From IMG/VR virus record IMGVR_UViG_3300023109_000008: DNA of 64,000 bases. The stretch is one strand, 5' to 3'. Below the pieces are notes generated by a model, which worked only from the letters and a program-made list of their open reading frames with translations, did no database searches and was not told where the DNA came from. The position numbers were made by a program, and so were the translations under genes. The stretch is from an uncultured virus (IMG/VR IMGVR_UViG_3300023109_000008). Its lineage: Duplodnaviria; Heunggongvirae; Uroviricota; Caudoviricetes. Positions 55,314 to 64,000 of the stretch are shown piece by piece; positions within the stretch are counted from its first letter, which is position 1, and each line of letters opens with the position of its first letter.

Positions 55314-55808
55314 GTGGCTAAGAAAAGAAACTACGTAAACAACAAAGACCTTCTGGAGGCACTTATTCAATATAAGGAAGAGTGCAAGGAAGCGGAAGAT
55401 GCAGGGGAAGAGATTCCACGAGTACCAAATTATGTGGGAGAGTGCATCTTCAAGATTGCGAATCGTCTTGCGACGAAACCAAACTTCTCTGGATATTCCT
55501 ATAAAGATGATATGATTTCAGATGGGATTGAGAACTGTTTACAATACATTCACAATTTTGATCCAGAAAAATCAAAGAACCCTTTTGCATATTTCACACA
55601 GATTATATGGTATGCATTTCTAAGAAGGATCCAGAAAGAAAAGAAACAACTTTACATCCGATTCAAGTCATCTCAGAAAGCAATGACAAGTATGGGTGCA
55701 ATGGATGGAATGGGTAACGGAATTCAAATGTCCGAACCCCCAGAATATATCAATGATTTTATAGAAGAGTTTGAAGGTAAACTCAAAGCGAAGAAGGAAC
55801 AATCGTAA
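55314..55808 (+). CDS. gp55: Late sigma factor gp55
   Basis: NYVNNK, PNFSGYSY, MISDGIENC, NPFAYFTQI, AFLRRIQKEK. Confidence 0.95.
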   Translation: MAKKRNYVNNKDLLEALIQYKEECKEAEDAGEEIPRVPNYVGECIFKIANRLATKPNFSGYSYKDDMISDGIENCLQYIHNFDPEKSKNPFAYFTQIIWYAFLRRIQKEKKQLYIRFKSSQKAMTSMGAMDGMGNGIQMSEPPEYINDFIEEFEGKLKAKKEQS

Positions 55809-56450
55809 ATGAAGTATTTTGTTATGGAACCGACTTATAAAAAGTCGATTGCGGAAGAGACAGTATTTAAAAAAGATATTGATGGTGGATGGCAAAGTGG
55901 TGACTCTCAATATAAAAACTCTCTATGGGCAACCCTTGAAGTTGGTTGGAGATGGGGATCTTGGTTAGTCACTATTCCAGAGACAGAAGAAGAAATCTTG
56001 TCATTTGCTAATGAAAGATTTGGCGGCGATGCACAGGAAGATCCATATTATAAAAACATTCAAGATGTGTATGACGATTATTGTGCTGGAGACTGTGAAG
56101 AATCAGATGAACAGATAATCGAACTCATCGACGTGTTCACGCCAGATACTTCTGAAGCTTGTACCTTCCATGAGGTTAGTGATTATAATGCGGAGATGAT
56201 CGAAACATTTGATGGGTGTTGGGAAGACTGGTCAATCCGTCAATCTGCGGTAGAAGAGGCCGATGGATATCTTGATGAAGATGAAATAAATGCATACTTA
56301 GAAAATGTACAAGAAGGTTGGGATGAAGACGGTTACGAATCAGTCGAAAACTTGGACTTCTTGGATGTCGGTTGTGAATTCTATATCAATTGTCCAATAA
56401 CATTAAAACCTTGCGATGAAAACGGAAAGGTTTTTGACGAGGAGACTTAA
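55809..56450 (+). CDS. Highly acidic hypothetical protein
   Basis: 213 aa; PTYKKS, GWRWG, DGCWEDW. Confidence 0.65.
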   Translation: MKYFVMEPTYKKSIAEETVFKKDIDGGWQSGDSQYKNSLWATLEVGWRWGSWLVTIPETEEEILSFANERFGGDAQEDPYYKNIQDVYDDYCAGDCEESDEQIIELIDVFTPDTSEACTFHEVSDYNAEMIETFDGCWEDWSIRQSAVEEADGYLDEDEINAYLENVQEGWDEDGYESVENLDFLDVGCEFYINCPITLKPCDENGKVFDEET

Positions 56451-56885
56451 ATGAAAATTCTAGTATATGGTTTGCCAGGATCTGGCAAATCAACTCTTGC
56501 AGAACCGTTGGCGAAACTCGTCAACGGTGTTCATTTAAACGCAGACAGGGTACGTGAAGAGTACAATGACTGGGACTTCACACCAGAGGGACGTATGCGT
56601 CAAGCGATGCGTATGAAGTTCTTAGCAGATGGTGTAGTGAAGTCAGGTAAGGTTGCAGTTGCAGACTTCATCTGTCCTACCGCTGAAGCCCGTATATTCT
56701 TCAATGCAGATTTTGCAGTATGGATGGATACAATTCAAGAGGGAAGGTTTGAGGATACAAATAAAATATTTGAACAACCTCATATCGATGAGTATGATTA
56801 TCACGTGTGTAAGTGGTTCAATGATACTCATCAACAATTAGCTGAAGTTTTAGAAAAATATCTCGACTTAGATTATTGTCGATAA
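56451..56885 (+). CDS. Adenylylsulfate kinase-like P-loop kinase
   Basis: GLPGSGKST, LNADRVR, DFTPEGR, ADFICP. Confidence 0.75.
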   Translation: MKILVYGLPGSGKSTLAEPLAKLVNGVHLNADRVREEYNDWDFTPEGRMRQAMRMKFLADGVVKSGKVAVADFICPTAEARIFFNADFAVWMDTIQEGRFEDTNKIFEQPHIDEYDYHVCKWFNDTHQQLAEVLEKYLDLDYCR

Positions 56886-56894
56886 GGAGTAGTA

Positions 56895-57317
56895 ATGAGT
56901 ATCGGTTTCGATTGGAACAAACCAACTGTACAGATGTTAGGCAGGTGGCAACCTTGGCACAAAGGACATCAAGAATTATTTAAACGTGCACTTGCGTTTG
57001 AAGGTCAAGTAGTTATCATGATTCGTGATGTGGGTGGTATCGTTGGTGAGGATGTAGGCGCTGGACGTACTGCAACTCAAGATGACAATCCATTTGATTT
57101 CAACAAAGTCCACGACGAAATAGAAATGTCTCTTATGCAAGAGGGCTTTACATATGGTAGAGAGTATGTTATAATGAAAGTTCCAAACATCGTAGACATC
57201 AGTTATGGACGTGGTGTGGGGTATACTTTTACTGAACATGATCTTGGTAAAGAGATTCATGAGATCAGCGCAACTAAGATACGAAAGTCCATGAGAGAAA
57301 CAGGGCAACTTGAATGA
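56895..57317 (+). CDS. HxGH nucleotidyltransferase (cytidylyltransferase-like)
   Basis: GRWQPWHKGH, NPF, ISATKIR. Confidence 0.8.
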   Translation: MSIGFDWNKPTVQMLGRWQPWHKGHQELFKRALAFEGQVVIMIRDVGGIVGEDVGAGRTATQDDNPFDFNKVHDEIEMSLMQEGFTYGREYVIMKVPNIVDISYGRGVGYTFTEHDLGKEIHEISATKIRKSMRETGQLE

Positions 57318-58378
57318 AGATAGCAATAATTACAGATATGCACATTGGTGTGCGAGGGGATAGTCAAGTATTTCTTGATCATCAGGAAACATTTTTTAAA
57401 AACGTTTTCTTCCCCTACCTAGACAATAACGATATCAAAACCGTATTTGATCTAGGAGATACATTTGATAGACGGAAGTACATCAATTATCAAAGCCTCA
57501 AGAGAGGTAAGGAGTTCTTTTTCGATGAACTTGCAAAACGAAATATCGAATATCATGCTTTGGTGGGTAACCACACAACGTACTACACAAATACAAATGA
57601 CGTAAACAGTATGAACCTGTTGTTGCAAGAGTATAGTAATTTTACTCTGTACCAACATGATGCTGTTGAGTTGACCAAAGGTTCCACGAAGTTCCTTATG
57701 GTTCCTTGGATTACCAAGTCGAACTACGACTCAGTTATGGCGTCTATTGATATGTCAGATGCAGATGTTCTATGTGGTCACCTTGAAGTCAAAGGTTTCG
57801 AGATGATGCGTGGACACGTATGTACACATGGTTTAGAGATGAAACGATTCTCTAACTTTGAACATGTCTGGTCTGGACATTTCCACCACCCCTCACAACA
57901 TTCAAATATCAAGTATCTTGGTGCGCCTTATGAGATGACATGGTCTGATCATAATGGTGACCGTGGATTCCATATTTTTGACACCGAAACAAAAGACTTG
58001 ACAAAGGTGGCAAATCCGTATAGAATGTTCCATAAGATTGATTACGATGACGAAGACTTGACTGTCGATCAGATTCAAGACCTTGATACTAGTGCTTTGG
58101 AAAATGCATATGTCAAAGTCATTGTGAAAAATCGGACTAACCACTATCTGTACGATCTGTTCATGAACAAGTTGTCAGAGAGTGGCGCAGTTGACATCAA
58201 GTCAATTGACGATGCAATGAACTTAGAAAGTGTCGGCGCAGATGAAATTATGGATGAGACCAAAGATACCAAAGAAATCTTGCATCAGTATATCGATGGA
58301 CTGGATACGAAAGTCGACAAACAAAAGGTGAAGACGTTGGTGAATGAATTATATATTGAGGCTATGAATCTTGGATGA
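57314..58378 (+). CDS. gp47: Recombination nuclease subunit gp47 (Mre11/SbcD-like)
   Basis: TDMHIG, LGDTFDRRK, VGNH, GHLE, SGHFHH. Confidence 0.95.
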   Translation: MKIAIITDMHIGVRGDSQVFLDHQETFFKNVFFPYLDNNDIKTVFDLGDTFDRRKYINYQSLKRGKEFFFDELAKRNIEYHALVGNHTTYYTNTNDVNSMNLLLQEYSNFTLYQHDAVELTKGSTKFLMVPWITKSNYDSVMASIDMSDADVLCGHLEVKGFEMMRGHVCTHGLEMKRFSNFEHVWSGHFHHPSQHSNIKYLGAPYEMTWSDHNGDRGFHIFDTETKDLTKVANPYRMFHKIDYDDEDLTVDQIQDLDTSALENAYVKVIVKNRTNHYLYDLFMNKLSESGAVDIKSIDDAMNLESVGADEIMDETKDTKEILHQYIDGLDTKVDKQKVKTLVNELYIEAMNLG

Positions 58379-60084
58379 GAATACAGTTTAAGCAAGTTCG
58401 CTATAAGAACATACTTTCAACTGGCAACCTATTCACAAAAATTGATCTAGATAGAAAACCTACAACTCTAATCAGTGGTTCGAACGGTAGTGGTAAATCT
58501 ACCTTACTGGACGCACTGACATTTGGGTTATATGGTAAACCTTTTCGTAAGATCAATAAAGGACAGTTGCTTAACAGTATCAACAAAAAAGATTTGTTGG
58601 TAGAAATTGATTTCAGTGTGGGCGGTAGTTCATATACCATTCGTCGTGGAATCAAACCAAACCTATTTGAAATAATCAAGGATGGTCAACTCGTTGATCA
58701 ATCTGCGGCTGTAAAAGACTATCAGTCATATCTAGAAGAATTTATTCTGGGTATTAACTACAAGTCTTTCAATCAGATCGTAGTCCTTGGTAGTGCAACC
58801 TATGTTCCTTTTATGGAACTCCCTGCAAGCACAAGACGTGACATCATTGAAGATCTACTTGATATTCAAGTGTTCAGTACTATGAATCTTCTTGCGAAGG
58901 ATCGTATTTCTGACAATCGTCAATCTCTTACAGACAATGACTATAATACAGAAATGGTCAAACAACGTATTGAGAGTGCACAGGAACACAACGACAGTAT
59001 TCGCAAAATACGTGAGACTGAGGTAGAGAAGATCCGTGAACGTATGCAGGTTCATCTCGACAAGATAGAAGGTTGCAAAACAGAGATTGATGGCATTCAA
59101 GAGTCCATCGAAAATCTCTACACAACCATCTCTGACAAGAAGAATGTTACAAACAAGTATGCTACTGCATCTGATATTCGTAAGGATATGAATACAAACT
59201 TGCGCAACTTCTTGAAAGATCTAAAATTTTATCATGACAATGATAGTTGTCCTACATGCAAACAGGGAATTGAACATGACTTTAAAGACTCAGTTATCAA
59301 AGAAAAAGAAGACAAGAAAATCCAAATTGAAGCGGGTATGGTTGAAATCGATGGAAAGATCTCAGGATACGAAACCAGAATTGCAGAAATCAGCGAAGTA
59401 GAAGAAGACATCCAGAACCAGACTTTGGGTATCTCAGAACTTCGTGGTGAGATCAAGATTGCAAAGAATGCGTTGTTGTCATACAAGAATGAACTGGATG
59501 CTGCAGAACAACTTGTCGAAGAAGTTGACACTTCTAAGTTAGAATCTTTTCAAAACGAATTATCTGTCTACACAGAAGAACGCAAAGAGTTACTTGATCA
59601 TCAGTCTGTTCTAGGTGTCCTTTCGACTATATTAAAGGACGGTGGTATTAAAGCGAGAATTATTTCTCAATACATCCCTGTAATGAACAAACTAATCAAT
59701 AAATACCTTGGAGCGTTTGATCTATTCGTGGACTTCCAACTCGACGAAAACTTTAATGAAGTTATCAAATCAAGGTTTCGTGATACATTCTCTTACGCCT
59801 CATTCTCTGAGGGTGAGAAACTCCGTATCACATTGTCTATCATGTTGGCATGGCGTTCTGTTGCAAAACTGCGTAACAGTGTCAGTACCAACTTATTGTT
59901 GTTAGATGAAACACTTGACGGTGCGTTGGATGGTTCGGGTATTGAGAACTTAATCGAAACATTACATAATCTAAACACAGACGACAACATCTTTGTGATC
60001 TCACACCGTGGTGATCAGTTTGCAGAGAAGTTCACATCACACATCAAATTTGACAAGGTAAAGAACTTCAGTGAGATTGCATGA
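58375..60084 (+). CDS. gp46: Recombination ATPase subunit gp46 (Rad50/SbcC-like)
   Basis: GSNGSGKST, CPTC zinc hook, FSEGEK signature, LLDE, ISH. Confidence 0.96.
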   Translation: MRIQFKQVRYKNILSTGNLFTKIDLDRKPTTLISGSNGSGKSTLLDALTFGLYGKPFRKINKGQLLNSINKKDLLVEIDFSVGGSSYTIRRGIKPNLFEIIKDGQLVDQSAAVKDYQSYLEEFILGINYKSFNQIVVLGSATYVPFMELPASTRRDIIEDLLDIQVFSTMNLLAKDRISDNRQSLTDNDYNTEMVKQRIESAQEHNDSIRKIRETEVEKIRERMQVHLDKIEGCKTEIDGIQESIENLYTTISDKKNVTNKYATASDIRKDMNTNLRNFLKDLKFYHDNDSCPTCKQGIEHDFKDSVIKEKEDKKIQIEAGMVEIDGKISGYETRIAEISEVEEDIQNQTLGISELRGEIKIAKNALLSYKNELDAAEQLVEEVDTSKLESFQNELSVYTEERKELLDHQSVLGVLSTILKDGGIKARIISQYIPVMNKLINKYLGAFDLFVDFQLDENFNEVIKSRFRDTFSYASFSEGEKLRITLSIMLAWRSVAKLRNSVSTNLLLLDETLDGALDGSGIENLIETLHNLNTDDNIFVISHRGDQFAEKFTSHIKFDKVKNFSEIA

Positions 60085-60275
60085 CACGAAAAGAAGCCTA
60101 TCGGATGTTTTGGATAGTCAAGGGCCATTTAGGTGCTGACGAAAAAACGGTGTTCGATTGTTATGATGGTTACTTCAGAAGAATGTGGGGTAACCACGAA
60201 ACAGTTTATCACCTAGATGGTTTCGAAGAAGCGTGGGAAAATAAACTGAAGAAAGAGGTTGACAACCAACCATAA
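60081..60275 (+). CDS. Hypothetical protein
   Basis: 64-aa coupled ORF (ATGA overlap). Confidence 0.6.
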   Translation: MTRKEAYRMFWIVKGHLGADEKTVFDCYDGYFRRMWGNHETVYHLDGFEEAWENKLKKEVDNQP

Positions 60276-60287
60276 AAGTTGTATAAT
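60259..60287 (+). promoter_or_regulatory. sigma70-type promoter upstream of the polymerase operon
   Basis: TTGACA-N17-TATAAT. Confidence 0.8.
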
Positions 60288-60319
60288 GTATCCTAAGTGA
60301 AAAATTATAGGACTATACT

Positions 60320-60604
60320 ATGCAATTCAGTGATCTAGAATTTCAAAACACAAACATTCCAAAAGGCATTCAGTCAGTAGTAAACTTCGGTGAGTACGAA
60401 CTTTCCATTGTTCGCAACTCTGTTTCCTATGGCACAGCGAGTGGACTCTATGAGATTGCAGTGTTTAAACACGGCGAACAGACCCCATTGGATGGGGTGA
60501 CTGAAGATTATGATAGTGTAAAAGGGTTCTTGACAGAGAACGAAGTTTCTGATATACTTCTTAAGATGACAGAAATTACACAGAACATGGGAGAACAAGT
60601 ATAG
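60320..60604 (+). CDS. Conserved hypothetical phage protein
   Basis: SYG..GLYEIAV, VKGFLT. Confidence 0.65.
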   Translation: MQFSDLEFQNTNIPKGIQSVVNFGEYELSIVRNSVSYGTASGLYEIAVFKHGEQTPLDGVTEDYDSVKGFLTENEVSDILLKMTEITQNMGEQV

Positions 60605-63141
60605 TGGCAGAGTTCTACACATCGGTTGAACGATACGGTAACAAGATCCTTCACCGAGGCTACAAGAACGGTAAACGGTTCTCTCGTAAAGTTGACTTCA
60701 AACCCTCTCTATTCTTACAGACTCAGAAGTCTGGTGGAGAGTTCCGTTCTCTGCATGGTAACAACCCACTTCATCGTAAACAGTTTGACTCTATGTCAGA
60801 GGCAAAACAATTCATCGAAGACTACAGGGACGTTTCTAACTTTGGTATCTGTGGTACTCAGAGTTACGTTGCACAGTTCATCCAAGAGAATTACCCCAAC
60901 GACATCAAGTATGACATGGATCAGATCAACATCTGTTCGTTTGATATTGAGGTTGACATCTCTGATGGTTACGCTAACATTGAGACTGCAGACAAAGAGA
61001 TTACCTCTATCGCATACAAGTCTTCCAAGTCCAACACCTATCATCTACTAGGACGTAAGGACTTCGACAAATACGCTACTACAACTGAGATCGATCCAGA
61101 TGACATTGCGTTCATGAAGTTCGATACAGAACATGCACTCTTACTCCGTTTCATCAAGATCTGGGCGAATGACTTCCCCGACATCGTTACTGGTTGGAAC
61201 GTAGAGTTCTTTGACGTGCAATATCTCGTCACTCGTATCATCCGTTTGTTTGGTGAAGAGAAGGCGAAAGAACTTTCTCCTTGGAGATCCCTCAAACAAC
61301 ACACCGCTAACATGTTCGGTAAGACTCAATACACTTACATGATATCTGGTATCAGTGTCGTTGACTATCTTGATACGTTCAAGAAGTTTGCGTACAAGTA
61401 CGGTACACAAGAGACATACAAGTTGGATCACATTGCACACGTTGTGTTGGGTGAGAAGAAACTTGACTACTCTGAGTACGGTAACCTTACCACTCTTTAT
61501 GAACAGAACCCTCAACTCTACTTGGACTATAACCTCAAAGACACTTGGTTGATTCAACGTCTTGAAGACGAGGTAGCGTTGATGTCATTGGTTATGACTC
61601 TTGCGTACACTGGTGGTGTGAACTGTCGTGATGCATTTGGTACGGTGGGATATTGGGAGACCACTATCTATCGTCGTCTGATCAAAGACAATATTGTTCC
61701 CCCACTCAAACACGGGCCTGGCCAACGTGGTGATGAACTGGTTGGTGGTTACGTGAAAGATCCTAAAGTCGGGATGCATCCTTGGGTGGTGTCCTTTGAC
61801 TTGAACTCTCTGTACCCACACCTCATGTTGCAATACAACATGTCACCAGAGACATACATTCCTCAACGTCTCGAATCTATCTCTCAGGAGATGGTTCTGG
61901 AAGACAACTATCAAAACAATGATAAGACTGTGTCAGTCGCTGCAAACGGTGTATGTTTCTCAAATGAGAGACGTGGTATCATTCCAGATATCATTGACGA
62001 GTACTACAACAAACGTTCTCTGATTAAGAAAGAGATGTTGAAGGTGGAACAGGCTCTGGAAGACGAGACAGATCCACGTAAGAAAGCAAAACTAAAATCC
62101 AAGGCAACCCAACTTCACAATGCACAGATGTCTATCAAGATTTCTATGAACTCATTGTATGGTGCGACTGCGAACATCTACTTCCTGTATTACATTATGG
62201 AATTCGCAGAGGCGATTACCACCTCTGGTCAATTGTCCATTCGTTATGCACAGAAGTCTGTGAATGGGTACTTGAACAAACTATTGAAGACAGAAGGTGA
62301 AGACTATATCGTGTATATCGATACTGACTCCATCTATGTAAACTTTGGCCCACTGATCGAAGAAGTATTCGGGACTGTTGACATTACAAGAGAACAAGGC
62401 GAGAAGTTCCTTGATCAGGTGTGTGGTACAAAGATTGAAGGCGTCCTTGAGAAAGGATATGAGGAACTCGCTAAAAAGATGGGTGCATACCGTCAAGCGA
62501 TGTTCATGAAACGTGAGAAGATCACAGACAAGTCAGTGTTTATTGCGAAGAAACGTTACATTATGAATACACTGAACTCTGAGGGTGTCCACTACGAAAC
62601 TCCCAAGATCAGTGTTACTGGTCTGGAATCCGTACGGTCATCTACTCCTCAGATCTGTCGTGAAAAACTCAAGGACGCTTTCAAAGTTATTATGGAAGGT
62701 ACTGAAGAAGACACACAAGAATTTATTGCAAAGTTCAAAGACGAGTTTACGTCTCTACCCCCAGAAGATATCGCCAAGAACTCTGGTACTGACAACATTG
62801 AGAAGTACATGGAGAAGGGTGGATACAAGAAGGGTTGTCCTATGCATGTTCGTGGGTGTATTCTCTTCAATCAGTTTCTGAAGACTAAGAAGTTGGACAA
62901 GAAGTTTGAAGGGATTCAGTCTGGTGACAAGATCAAGTTCCTATATCTCAAACAACCAAACCCTGTAAAAGAGAATATGATCTCATTCCCAGGCGTCCTA
63001 CCAAAAGAGTTCGGACTGGATGATTACATCGATTACCAGAAACAGTTCGAGAAGGTCTTTCTTGGCCCTATCGAACCAATCTTAGAGGCGCTCGGGTGGG
63101 CACCAGAAAAAGTAAACACATTAGAGGATTTCTTTGTATGA
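60604..63141 (+). CDS. gp43: Family B DNA polymerase gp43
   Basis: FDIEV exo I, SFDLNSLYP, KISMNSLYG, YIDTDSIY, KKRY; C-terminal clamp motif TLEDFFV. Confidence 0.97.
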   Translation: MAEFYTSVERYGNKILHRGYKNGKRFSRKVDFKPSLFLQTQKSGGEFRSLHGNNPLHRKQFDSMSEAKQFIEDYRDVSNFGICGTQSYVAQFIQENYPNDIKYDMDQINICSFDIEVDISDGYANIETADKEITSIAYKSSKSNTYHLLGRKDFDKYATTTEIDPDDIAFMKFDTEHALLLRFIKIWANDFPDIVTGWNVEFFDVQYLVTRIIRLFGEEKAKELSPWRSLKQHTANMFGKTQYTYMISGISVVDYLDTFKKFAYKYGTQETYKLDHIAHVVLGEKKLDYSEYGNLTTLYEQNPQLYLDYNLKDTWLIQRLEDEVALMSLVMTLAYTGGVNCRDAFGTVGYWETTIYRRLIKDNIVPPLKHGPGQRGDELVGGYVKDPKVGMHPWVVSFDLNSLYPHLMLQYNMSPETYIPQRLESISQEMVLEDNYQNNDKTVSVAANGVCFSNERRGIIPDIIDEYYNKRSLIKKEMLKVEQALEDETDPRKKAKLKSKATQLHNAQMSIKISMNSLYGATANIYFLYYIMEFAEAITTSGQLSIRYAQKSVNGYLNKLLKTEGEDYIVYIDTDSIYVNFGPLIEEVFGTVDITREQGEKFLDQVCGTKIEGVLEKGYEELAKKMGAYRQAMFMKREKITDKSVFIAKKRYIMNTLNSEGVHYETPKISVTGLESVRSSTPQICREKLKDAFKVIMEGTEEDTQEFIAKFKDEFTSLPPEDIAKNSGTDNIEKYMEKGGYKKGCPMHVRGCILFNQFLKTKKLDKKFEGIQSGDKIKFLYLKQPNPVKENMISFPGVLPKEFGLDDYIDYQKQFEKVFLGPIEPILEALGWAPEKVNTLEDFFV

Positions 63142-63536
63142 TGGACAGTATAGTAGAACAGTCTTTTACCAAAGAAGAGATTGGGACATACAAAAGAATT
63201 CGTTCGCTCCAACAAAACATTGGACGACTGTTAGAAGATTATATCAATTCTAAAATGTCGGATAATGTTTACTTTGTTGGTAGGGATAGAGACAGACCAG
63301 AAGGTGTTGACTATGTTGTCGATGGTGTCTTCTGGTCTGTAAAAAATGCATGGAATACTGACAACCATTCCATGAAAAAATATCGGGAAGACCGAAATAT
63401 TAAACACTGGTATCGATTGAATAAAAATGGATCCACTAATTGGGATACACTTTTTGTTAAGGACGTTTCAGAAAGTGGGTTTTTAGAATTCGTAACTGGT
63501 CAAAAACAACCGTCTTTAGAGGATTTCTTTGTATGA
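63121..63536 (+). repeat. 21-bp direct repeat TTAGAGGATTTCTTTGTATGA (63121-63141 and 63516-63536)
   Basis: Exact match read from sequence; both copies encode LEDFFV*. Confidence 0.9.
63138..63536 (+). CDS. Putative PD-(D/E)xK endonuclease with clamp-binding tail
   Basis: QNIGRLLEDY, GVDYV...SVKNAWNTDN; ends SLEDFFV. Confidence 0.55.
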   Translation: MMDSIVEQSFTKEEIGTYKRIRSLQQNIGRLLEDYINSKMSDNVYFVGRDRDRPEGVDYVVDGVFWSVKNAWNTDNHSMKKYREDRNIKHWYRLNKNGSTNWDTLFVKDVSESGFLEFVTGQKQPSLEDFFV

Positions 63537-63712
63537 ACGATAAGATAGAACGCCGATTGAAACATCTTGAAGATGCACACAAACATCAACATGCCATCGT
63601 AGAAGCGTTGATTGGTGAGAAAGCACCAGATCAACACATCAGTAAGGCAAAGAAAGAAAAACTTAGAATTAAAGATATGATAACAACTTTGAAGGAGACT
63701 GTCAATGTATGA
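63533..63712 (+). CDS. DUF465/YdcH-like small protein
   Basis: Hand translation MNDKIERRLKHLEDAHKHQH...KAKKEKLRIKDMI. Confidence 0.6.
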   Translation: MNDKIERRLKHLEDAHKHQHAIVEALIGEKAPDQHISKAKKEKLRIKDMITTLKETVNV

Positions 63713-63998
63713 TTTTGACTTACTAAAGGAACAACTTGCAACTGAAGTTGTTGATATTGAATTTGTGAAAGCAGATGGTACGGTGCGCCAGATGAAAGCG
63801 ACACTGGATCCGTCCGTTCTCCCAACACCAGTGGCAACTGATGAAGAGATCAATCGTAATCGCAAAAAGAGTGAGGAAGTCGTTGTCGTTTGGGATGTTG
63901 AGTCCAATGGTTGGCGCAGTTTCCGTAAGGATCGACTTCGTTCGGTTAACTCACAATATATCATGACAACGAAAGGTGTATATAATGTCACTGTTTGA
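63705..63998 (+). CDS. WYL_2/Sm-like SH3-fold protein conserved in T4-like phages
   Basis: FVKADGTVRQMKAT, VWDVESNGWRSF. Confidence 0.75.
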   Translation: MYDFDLLKEQLATEVVDIEFVKADGTVRQMKATLDPSVLPTPVATDEEINRNRKKSEEVVVVWDVESNGWRSFRKDRLRSVNSQYIMTTKGVYNVTV

Positions 63999-64000
63999 TG

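Noticed and set aside
60604..63141. Intein or intron in gp43 (also checked gp41, uvsX, uvsW, gp46)
   Set aside because: Lengths are normal, reading frames are continuous, and no splicing motifs were seen.
1..64000. CRISPR array, integrase or transposase
   Set aside because: No regularly spaced repeats or such proteins were seen; the repeats found are promoter modules and one 21-bp duplication.

Overview
64 kb of a large T4-like myovirus genome, most likely a marine phage of an alphaproteobacterium. The host inference rests on a circularly permuted two-piece tmRNA with an ANDNF...LAA tag and a hemO-pcyX-like cassette. The window has four parts. (1) Core replication and transcription genes: gp41, uvsX, gp32, gp59 and gp33 at the left end; gp3, uvsY, uvsW, gp55, gp47, gp46 and gp43 at the right end. 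(2) A ~24 kb co-oriented cluster of tailoring enzymes directly downstream of virion-type genes, with two smaller satellite clusters. The enzymes include radical SAM/SPASM, B12-radical SAM, carbamoyltransferases, an aminotransferase, 2OG-Fe oxygenases, desaturases, nitroreductase-like, SGNH, sulfotransferase-like, glycosyltransferase-like and methyltransferase proteins. (3) An RNA-gene region with the tmRNA, tRNA-Gly/Trp/Pro/Arg, a manA-like RNA and an unassigned ~240 nt structured RNA. (4) An early region of small ORFs driven by repeated sigma70 promoter/leader modules. The most novel signal is a 13-bp hairpin between the endolysin and tRNA-Pro. Its 22-nt loop is antisense to the conserved 5' leader and Shine-Dalgarno of the phage's own early transcripts, making it a candidate sRNA for early-gene shut-off. 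All functional calls come from reading motifs and synteny; no database search was run.
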